Source: Octopus vulgaris
Taxonomy: Eukaryota
Direction: 5' to 3'
Length of the DNA stretch: 64,000 nucleotides
NCBI GenBank assembly: GCA_951406725.2
Contig: OX597816.1
Coordinates: 62,496,001-62,560,000 of the forward strand
Shown: positions 53,424-64,000 of the stretch, in pieces
How the letters are laid out: the number at the start of each line of letters is the position of its first letter
Position numbering within the stretch: position 1 is the stretch's first letter
Program-made: the position numbers and the translations under genes
Notes under the pieces: generated by a model
Database searches by the model: none
The model's input: only the letters and a program-made list of their open reading frames with translations
Told to the model about the DNA's origin: nothing

Positions 53424-53564
53424 ATAATTAAAATATGATAGATTATCAGTAACACTACTTAGCATAGCATTAATCACACCACTGTACGGGAAACAAAGAT
53501 TAGCGTTCATAAATCTAACAATACCCACATATACCATTTATACACACAAATACACACATACATA

Positions 53565-53632
53565 TTGATAGATAGATAAACTGATAGATAGACAGACAGC
53601 AGACATACAGACAAATAGACAGAGAGACAGAC

Positions 53633-53728
<96 letters not shown>

Positions 53729-53812
53729 GGACGGACGGACGGACGGACGGACGGACGGACGGACGGATGGATGGATGGATGAATGGATGGATGGATGGAT
53801 GGATGGATGGAT
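53565..53812. repeat. Compound tetranucleotide microsatellite GATA/GACA/GACG/GATG
   Basis: Direct reading. Confidence 0.95.
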
Positions 53813-54614
53813 ATGTATATATAATCAGAACAGAAATATCCTACAACCATTTCCATCAACCAACATCGAAATATTGTACGTTCTAAGCTGGTGTGTTGAA
53901 GGCATATATAAAATCGTAGAATGGTAATGGAGGTCTCCTTAATTGGATGTTTTTAGAAATGCTATAAATGGATAGAATTTCTGTAAAAAATAATCTGTTT
54001 CCATATTTCGTGGACAAACTGAAAGCAAAATAGGAGAATGGATTAAAGCAAAAATTCGGGTGTTCGATGCATTGGTTGATCAGCTTCTATTGAGCGTATG
54101 GATATGCAGTGTACGGTGAGAATTATGAGAGCTGGCGCCAGCGTAAGAGACAATAAAAAAAAAGAATAAGGTAAACTGTTGGCTTAATGTATGAATTGCA
54201 TTTAATTAATGATAAAACAATTAAAATAACCACAGAAACGACAAAGAAATATTAGGATGCACACGGGATTACAAAATAATTAGTTTGGCCGAGAGGTGAT
54301 GATGAATCTATGATCGAAAAATTTAATGGAATGTAAGATACTTATGCAGTGTTATATAGCCTACAACACAAGGGATTTATCTATAGAATGATGAGATTCA
54401 TGTGGCTGATCAGAGATGTATTTCCATAAAGAGATTAGAGAACGCCAGCAGATATAAAATCTGCACTGAGTGAATTAATGCCACAGAAGCGAGATGAGTA
54501 GAAGTTGAACGACGATGTATAATTATCTCGTATTTTCGGGTAAATTAAGCTGTTAGCGATGCAAGAAATTGAATGATCAAGGTTGTGGTCATAGAAGAGA
54601 GTGAGGTGTTTAGC

Positions 54615-54647
<33 letters not shown>

Positions 54648-55063
54648 GCAGAGAGTGGGGACGGGATAACTGACTGATGATATTCATTTCAATAATCAAC
54701 TTCCTCTCGATCCGTATATAAAGCAAAACTACATAACAGTGGAAAGGAGTGGTTACTTAAACATACAGCAACTAGAAGATCGTTTCATCTATTACAATTC
54801 ATCACACACACGCGCGCGAGCGCACACACACACACACACACACGCATATATATATACATGCACAAATATATGCATATATATGTATAATTATATACACACG
54901 CAAGTGCACACGTTCATACATACATGCATACATACATATATATGTACATATATACATGTGTATCCATGTATATGCTAGTTTATATATATATATATATATA
55001 TATGTAAAAATATATGTATACAAATATATATATATATATCCGCATATCTATATATATGTATGC

Positions 55064-55115
<52 letters not shown>

Positions 55116-55149
55116 CCACCTATCTATCTGATATATATATATATATATG

Positions 55150-55186
<37 letters not shown>

Positions 55187-55191
55187 GCATG

Positions 55192-55222
<31 letters not shown>

Positions 55223-55245
55223 TATATGCATGCATATGTATATAT

Positions 55246-55290
<45 letters not shown>

Positions 55291-56387
55291 CATATATACA
55301 TACATACATATATACATATGCATGCATATATATTTCTATATATATATATATGTATATATAAATATATATGTATGCGTATATATATAATTCCATCTATCTA
55401 TCTCATATATATATATATGCATGTATATATCTCTCTGTCTGTCGCAATAAATTCTGTACCGAACAACACCGCCTAAGCAGGAGATAGAGATGTAAATCGC
55501 ATTAAGCTTCAAAACACAACTTTGATCATGAACTCTCTCTTACGTCTTTTGTGTTCCGTTTCCTTTTCCTTTTCTTCATTTTTCTTTTCGCTTTTCCTTT
55601 TATTCATCTTTTTTTTTTATTTTATTTTTCCCCAGTTCTTTTTTTTTTCTTTTTCTTCTTCTTATTCTATTTCATTTTCTTATTCTTGATTTATTACTGA
55701 TATCAATCAGCCTCCTATTGTAAATCGTTCAAATAGGAAGTGACTCTTATAATACAACATTAACAATCATCCTTGATTAGCAGACAGAAAATTTTAACGG
55801 GTGAATAGACGTTTAGTTCAAGATTTTAACAGAACCATTGTTAAAGTTACTAACCTGAACAATTCTTTCATATGAAACGATCTTGTATTCGCTAGTTAAG
55901 CGCAATCGCGTTGATATTGGTCCTGTTACCACTATTGTTTGTTGCTTTTCTTGTTATTATTTATTATTTTTGTTGTTGTCAGTTATGCTGTTTACTCGGC
56001 TATACTTTTTTATTATAGTTTTTATATCAGTAACGTTTTGTATATTTGTTTTTGTTCTTGGTTCTGATTCTCAGTATAAACAATGAACGATTATTATTTA
56101 TTTTGTTTTATTTCATATGATTTAATTCTATTTACTTTTGGAAATGGAAATTACTTTCAATTGACGTCGATACTGTAATCTTTTATTTCTAGTTACTAAA
56201 ATGTCCAGCTCCTGGTGTAATGTAGATATCAGAAGCTAAGTCGTGGACACTTTGTACTTGGGTGTAATAGTTTACGAGGCGAGAAATCGCTTTTCATTTT
56301 TTTTACCCCTGGCAGGATTGGAGCAACGTAAAATGAATTAACTTGCCCAAGGAAACAGTGCACGGTTTAGACCAGAAACTGAACTAA

Positions 56388-56619
56388 GGCGGCGACCTGG
56401 CAGAAACGTTTACACTGCGGGTGAAATGCTTTGCAGTATTTCGTCTGCCGCTATGTTCTGAGTTCAAATTCCGCCGAGGTCGACTTTGCCTTTCATCCCT
56501 TCGGGGTTGATAAATTAAGTACCAGTTACGCACTGGGGACGATGTGATCGACTTAATCCCTTTGTTTGTCCTTGTTTGTCCCTTCCATGTTTAGCCCCTT
56601 GTGGGCAATAAAGAAATAA
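56388..56619 (+). mobile_element. SINE family A, full length
   Basis: A box TGGCAGAAACG, B box GAGTTCAAATTCC, Tx1-like tail. Confidence 0.92.
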
Positions 56620-57589
56620 GAAACTAAACCCAGTACCTAACAAGCCTGACACCAACTGCTTAACCACAATGAGACAGATTTCACACGCTCTTTGTTTTTG
56701 TTTTTGTAAAATGAAATGTGTTTTGCATAAATGTATAAACTCCAATACCCATGGCTGTATGCTGCTTGGAAAAGCATCGGCAAATTCGGCGCTAACATAC
56801 ATAATATACTGATCCAGAATATTTTAATTAAACTAAATTACACGTGTAGTAAGGAGAAAAAGAAAGTCATGTCTGTTCTTAAATAATTTTAGTTTGAATC
56901 TAAATTAAGTTTGCTGATATATCTAGTACCCTTCATCTTCGTCTACCTTCATCAACTGAAAATCTCTACCACCATTAATGATTAAAAGCACAAGAATTCA
57001 CGCGACTCGTTCGCAATTGACCTGCAACTGTACAGCACTTAGTATTTATCTGCCGTGAGTCACTCAGTTTGTGATGCTTACTATAAATTGCAATACGACA
57101 ATCGAGAGAGCCGATATGCTTTTCGACATTGACTGGATTAGATATGAAGATATTTTAGAGATAGTGGCGGCCTGTCAGAAAAATGAGCCCCAGCCCCATG
57201 AAGTGGAGAGTCTACTGCAGGGCGCTCCTGCTTTACCCCACCATTGTTTCTCCATTTTTTCCTTTTTATCATCTTTTTAAAGTGTATATTAATAAATAAG
57301 ATAGTGCAGACCTCTTTTAATCATTTGGTCAAATGTAGTCTCTGAAATACGGAATGATCTATATGTTATCAGTGAAAAGGCTATAAGAGCGTAACAAGCT
57401 TTAAATTTTTCCTTGACCACCTTCGTCTATAAATGCAAATTCATTTTCAGTAATTAATTCATTTTCAAATTATCTCCATGTTCTCTCCAGAATCATAACG
57501 ATTACCATTAATATTTGTGATTTCATCTCCAAGAAAAAGGGAAATTTCAGTTTCCTTACGATCAGTCTGTGCGCGTAACTATGTACAGA

Positions 57590-57674
<85 letters not shown>

Positions 57675-58437
57675 GCACACACACACACACACACGCACAC
57701 ACACTCACACGTATGCACACAAACACACACATATATGTGCATATGTGTGTGAGTGTACATACGTACGCGTACACACACACACACACATATGCACAAATAC
57801 ATATATGTGTGTGTGTGTGTGTTGGCGTTTGAATAACACTCATAACACGACCACATTTTGTCGGCACATTGGCTCATTTGTATTCCATGAATTGATCATG
57901 TATGTATGTATGCATGCATGTATGGATGGATGTATATTTGCATGTGTATGTATATATATATACACCAGAGTAAGTTCACAAATGGGAAAGTAGGTGAATA
58001 AAATAGTACTGGAATACATTGGTAGAATAATATGCTTTATTAACAAAGCTGCAAAGACCACTAGATAGTTTTTAAACATATTGGTATGCGTATATACGCT
58101 AGGGTGTATATATGTATCTTCTAGATACATACATACGTACATACATACATACATACATACATACATACATACATACATACATACATACATACATACATAC
58201 ATAAATACATACATTCATTTATACATATATATATAATCAATAATATCAGGGTAAGAAAAACAGTTAAGATTTTTTTTTTACTACGAGTGTTCTAGCGTGT
58301 ACAAAAATTAGTCAATAGACTATATATTATTTCCCTAATAATGGTTATATAACCCTAATAGTGGTTAGGATTTTGGCATTTCCTTCTAGCGTCCCAGGTA
58401 TCCTATGACGGTTACCTCTTATGCCTTTAAATGTAAA

Positions 58438-58503
<66 letters not shown>

Positions 58504-58583
58504 TTTCAAAATGTGACCTCGTGTGCACCGTTGGCGATTTTTTTCCCTCTGTCTTCCCTTCTCTGGATCTTTCCTTCTCCTAT

Positions 58584-58618
58584 GTTTCCGACGAAGAGCC
58601 CTGCTCGAAACGTTAAAC
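58584..58618 (+). ncRNA. Minimal hammerhead motif in a (TA)n-flanked repeat (58503-58706)
   Basis: GTTT-CCGACGA-A-GAGC/GCTC-GAAACGTT-AAAC. Core reads CCGA instead of CUGA. Confidence 0.55.
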
Positions 58619-58804
58619 CCTCCTTCTTTCCTTCTTTCCTGAGCGTCCAATAATACTATATTTGTTCCACATCCTCGCGTTGTTGTGTTTTCTTGTTTGG
58701 ATTAACTATATATATATATATATATATGTATGTATATACATATATATGTGTATACGCTTCCAGACATATTTAAAAACTGTTAGATGGTATTATATATAAA
58801 TATA

Positions 58805-59310
58805 CACAGGGTATCACCCAAAATTTGACGTAACTCGAAATGTGAATGTCTAAGTAACTACATGTCCTAGGCAAACGAAATTGAATAAGCTTTATGTTGA
58901 AGAATTAAAAATTTATTGATCTAAATTGAAAGAGATTCAGAAGGACATAGATTTTATAAGAGATTTCACAAAGTTTCACACATATGCACATCATCTCTGA
59001 CTCGACACACGCCGAGTTAGTAGTCTAGCTCCCGCCAGACACGCTGTAGCAGGTCTTGCATTAATGTCTCCAGTACCTCAGCGATTCTCAGGTTAAATTC
59101 CTCTAGCTCTGGAGGAAGAAGTGTGATATAGACCGGTCCTTTCAATCAGGTGAACACGGTGGCCTTCTCAACAGCTCATTGTCATTGTCACTGGTATGCC
59201 CAATCTGAACTTAGTTTTTGCACGTTTTGTTAAAATTTCAGATCATTTGTGCGAGAATCAGCAATGTTATAAGACACTGAAATGTTATCAATTTTTTGGA
59301 ACACGCTATA
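58805..59310 (-). mobile_element. Tc1/mariner (DD41D-like) deleted element
   Basis: - strand LKGPVY..LPPELEEFNLRI..DLLQRVWRELDY*L.VCR, weak TIRs CAGGGT. Confidence 0.6.
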
Positions 59311-59408
59311 CATACAGAGAGACAAAGAGACAGACAGACAGACATAAATACATATATACATATATGTATATATATATATGTATGTGTGTATATATATGCA
59401 TATATATG

Positions 59409-59527
<119 letters not shown>

Positions 59528-60384
59528 GTATATATATCAATATATGTATATATGTAGACACGCATTTACACAACCACGCGCACATACACAGGTATACACA
59601 CGCATATACATATATATATATATATATATACACATACATACATACATGCATACATACATATACATGTATGTATTTAGACACGCATTTACACAACTACGCG
59701 CACATACACACGTATACACACGCACACACATACATGCAGGATTGATTGAATCTATTAATGCTCCTTCGAATCGTATTTTCTGCTTTGTACGCCACCTACA
59801 ATGTAAATTATTCATCATTATATTCTATTTCGTTTTGCATCAAAATACATGAAATACGAAAGAAATTAACGTACAGCTAATAATGTTGAGCTGACATTCA
59901 TTAATAATTAGCCGAGTGAAAGCGTTAAATAATTCTGATCCGAAAGTTGCGTAATATTTCGAAAGATTGGAATATTCCAATCAATTGTATCACGCACGGG
60001 AGTCACAGCAAAATATCTGTTCAGAAGCTTTATAACATAGATGTTAGACACGGAAAGCAGCGCATTGCTTACATTGTTGATATATTCAAATCAAGCAATG
60101 CAATACAGTACATACTTCTGATCTGTGTATATTGTATATTCAATAACATTCTTTTATTATTAATGACAGTAATTATCACAAAACATGTAACGAGTTGTTG
60201 TCATGAAAATCATGAATCTGTCCATCCTCTGCTATTGTATATCTTGCAGTGTTCATTGTATACCTGATATCTTTTGTTCGATGGAAACCACATATTAAAA
60301 TCAGTAAAAACAATATCAGCTACATCTCACTCGAATTTGAACAGAAGGGAGAGCATTATACCTATAAAAATTAACAGTGATATA

Positions 60385-60578
60385 GGCATAGGAGTGGCCG
60401 TGTGGTAAGTAGTTTTGCTTACCAACCGCATGGTTCCGGGTTCAGTCCCACTGCGTGACACCTTGGGCAAGTGTCTTCAACGACCAAAGCCTTGTGAGTG
60501 GATTTGGTAGACGGAAACTGAAAGAAGCTCGTCGTATATATGCATGCATTTCATTCAACTACTTAAACACTTTATATA

Positions 60579-60623
<45 letters not shown>

Positions 60624-60642
60624 GTATGTATGTATGTATGTA

Positions 60643-60680
<38 letters not shown>

Positions 60681-60918
60681 CACATATGTATGTATGTGTG
60701 TCTATATGTTTGTGTGTCTGTGTTTGTTCCCCCAACATCGCTTGACAACCAGTGCTGGTGTGTTTTCGTCCCGTTACTTAGCGGTTCGCCCAAAGGAACC
60801 GATAAAATAAGTACTAGGCTTACAAAGAATAAGTCCTGGGGTCGATTTACTCGACTAAAAGGCGGTGCTCCATCATGGCCCCAGTCAAATGACTGAAACA
60901 AGTAAAAGAGTAAAAGAG
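60385..60918 (+). mobile_element. SINE B, full length with expanded microsatellite
   Basis: All family B blocks. Confidence 0.9.
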
Positions 60919-61347
60919 AGTGTGGGATAATCACGAGTGGACCGGCTCCAATCAAAGTTCTCTTCAATGAGGGATGAATAGGAGCTAAACTAGAATTTCA
61001 AATTTATACAAAAAGGGAGACTTAATGTTGTAGATGAACTTGTGGAATAATAATGAAATTTCCCTCACATCACAATCTACCATCTAAAATTAGGAGGGAT
61101 ATATCGTATCATATATGTCAAAGGATAATAAGCCTCGAAGAAAATGTCATGATTAATTGATGATAAAGAATGGAAAGCATTTAATCATAGTTCTTCTTTA
61201 TTAGAGTAATCCATGGGTTAAACAATAACAGCTAGTAATGCAACACGATCATCACTGGAACCTTCTGGATCATGAATAGTCTTGATCAGGTTGAGCTGGA
61301 GTTAAACAACGAATAAACTTAACGGCAACAGACTGTATTTCCTTCGT

Positions 61348-61523
61348 TTTTACTCTTTTACTTGTTCAGTCATTTGATTGTGGCCATGCTGTGGCACCGT
61401 CTTTAGTCGAGCAAATCGACCCCCAGGAATATTCTTTGTACTTATTCTATCGGAACCTTTCGCCGAACCGCTAAATTACGGGGACGTAAACACACCACCA
61501 TCGGTTGTCAAACACACAAACAT

Positions 61524-61554
<31 letters not shown>

Positions 61555-61564
61555 ACACACACAC

Positions 61565-61644
<80 letters not shown>

Positions 61645-61789
61645 AATACAACGGGCTTCTTTCTGTTTCCGTCTAACAAATCCACTCACAAGGCTTTGGT
61701 CGGCCCGAGGCTATAGTAGAAGGCACTTGTCCAAGGTGCCACAAAGTGGGACTGAACGCGGGACCATGTGGTTCGTAAGCAAGCTACTT
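61348..61789 (-). mobile_element. SINE B whose head is interrupted by the Tx1-like LINE
   Basis: On - strand it resumes at AAGTAGCTTGCTTACGAACC right after the LINE tail. Confidence 0.9.
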
Positions 61790-64000
61790 TATTTCATAAA
61801 TATTTGCCATGAAGGCATTACAAAGAGGGGACGAACAAGAACAGACAAACATAAAAGGGTGAAGTAGCTGTAGCGATTAAATATTACAATTTAAAATTAA
61901 CAATAATTTGATAAATATGTTTATATCTTTTGACTTAAGCGTTGCTCATTACAAATGAAATTTGTAATGGTTTCTCTGAAGGATAGGCATCCGACCATCA
62001 GGGTAGACCCCTTGCTTTTTCTTTCCTGTTTTTGGCTTCCACTTACCTGGTGCAAAACACTCCCAGCTTCCTCGCCACAGGCTTCCATCTTCTCATGAAT
62101 CTGTCTCGTGACAGGTACCTTTTCTCCAGCCTGATCTTATTACTGAGGTGGTAACTAAAAAAGTTAACCAATCCCTGGCCGTATATAAAGGCACCCGACA
62201 CTATGCCTCTCACACACGTCTTCCATACTGTTTCTTTCAGTATGGCTACTATGCAGAAAAAGCAAGACTTCCTTTCCCTGTTAGGGGAAGGGGGAGGCAC
62301 AATCTCGATGATAGATTCAGCTGATAGCTGTACTCTTCGCATCGATGACAACAGTTGCTTTACGAAAACTATCAGTCCCGTTAATTCCGGACACTCCACA
62401 AATGCGTGCAGGACGGTTTCCCTGTCCTGCCCGCACCTCGGACATGTCGGCGAGACGGCACTTCCGTGCCATGACAGTTTATCACGAGCAGGTAACGCCG
62501 CACAGAAGCACTGCCAAACCAGAGATTTTTGGTAATTGTACAGATACCCCGGCCCGAAAGTTCTCCGGAACATGTTGATTAACTGATTTTCATCGTAGTC
62601 CATGGTCTCTCCTAAGGCCTCATCGGACTTAACCTCCACTAACCCGCTATAGAAATCCGCGGTGGAACTCTTGTTGCCGGCATTGCCCGCCTGAGAGAGT
62701 AGCTGAAGTGCCTGGCGGCACTCCAACTACCAGTCCTCCAGCCTAGGTCTCTGCTTGATCCAATTACCAATGTCTGTTAAGGACGTTAATTGCGGAAGGT
62801 AGAACTGAACGTGCGGTGACCACACCAGCTCTCCATCCAGGTAAAGCTAGAGGTGCCTCAACCTTAACGCGAATTTTCGCATCCTCAGCCAAGGCATCCC
62901 TAGCCCACTCTTTAGCGGTTTCTGGCAGCTGACAGAGCGCTTCACGAGTGGTTTTCCTCCCTTCCACAAAAAGTGGAAAAGGATTCTCTCCAAATTGTTC
63001 AGCCACAAATCGGGGCAAGGTGATAACCGATGCTATAAACATCTGCACCACCTCCGCCTTTCCTGGCAAGGATAACACCCGCCCAGACCAGGTCTGGGTT
63101 AAAGCAATCACCTTGCTGGCCACCTCACCCCAATTTTTCTCTATCTGGAGGTCTGGCTCGAACCAGACTCCGAGCAGCTTAACAGGACCTTCCGTTCAAC
63201 GCCCCACGACGTTATTGGACGGCATCGGCTTGCTCCTCCAAGTGCCGAGCTGCAAACCAATTGACTTGTCCTTGTTAACCTTTGCTTCTGCCACTGCCTC
63301 GTAACTTGTGATAGCTTCTTCCACCACTGGAACCTGGCCTTCATCCGCTACGATGATGGATATGTCATCTGCGTACGCCATAGCTCCTCTTCCACACCAT
63401 AGATCATGCAGTGCGCCCCCTAGTGCCTCCAACCTCCGCAATAATGGCTTGAGAGCCAGTATATACAAAAGCGGGGACAGGGGATACCCCTCACGCACTG
63501 AGCGCTCGATCCTGAATGGCTTCGAAAGGAAACCATTCATTTTTACGACGGACTCGATGTCGCTGTACAACGCAGCAAACCATCCCCGGAAGGACCGCCG
63601 CCAAGTACTGATGGTCGACCCTATCGAATGCCTTAGACTGGTCTAAATGTACCAGTGCCCCCCCACCTGCGCCTGAAAGCTTCCCCACCCTCTCTAAGGA
63701 GTAGCGTATACGGTGGAGATGGTCATGAATCGTCCTACCCGGGATAGCGCACGTTTGCGTTTCCCCGACAAGTTTGTCCACGACCCGCGCCAAACTTTTT
63801 GCTAGCACCTTGGCCATAATCTTTAACTCTGTGTTCAACAGAGTTATGGGCCTCAAGTTCCCTATCTCGTCCCCCTTGCTCGAGTCCTTCCTGATCAACG
63901 TCACCATCCCACGGCTCGCAGATTGGGAATTCCCCCATTCTGCTGCCAAGTGGCGTAGACGCTGGCCAGCAAGTGCCCGAACAAGTCTGGCATAGTTTTG
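61790..64000 (-). mobile_element. Tx1/L1-clade LINE (ORF2 pseudogene plus 3' UTR), runs off the window
   Basis: RPITLLNTELKI, LDQSKAFDRVDH, GYPLSPLLY, YADDI, LLGVWF, CPRC..ETVLHAFVEC, several frameshifts. Confidence 0.92.

Noticed and set aside
62203-63995. Plus-strand ORFs overlapping the LINE
   Set aside because: Antisense shadows of the GC-richer ORF2.

Overview
This is AT-rich, microsatellite-saturated animal DNA with no recognisable host protein-coding exon, so it is probably a large intron or intergenic region. The SINE families and (TA)n/(CA)n/(GATA)n density point to a coleoid cephalopod, probably Octopus (inference). Most ORF-track entries are microsatellite translations. The real content is about 30 tRNA-derived SINE copies in 4 modular families (my labels A-D), decayed LINEs (Tx1/L1-like, R4/Dong-like RLE, RTE, CR1/L2-like), a Penelope-like RT remnant, Tc1/mariner, hAT and Chapaev-like remnants, and two non-autonomous Helitrons. 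Two signals stand out. (1) A Tx1-like LINE (61790-64000, -) and a separate ORF1-only element (39638-41088, +) with related 3' tails are both inserted at the same nucleotide of the tRNA-like head of SINE family B, and SINE family A carries the same LINE tail. (2) There are about ten minimal type-I hammerhead-ribozyme-like motifs, including one just 3' of a Dong-like LINE and pairs placed in long fold-back elements embedded in (TA)n. All calls are by eye; no database search or folding was run.
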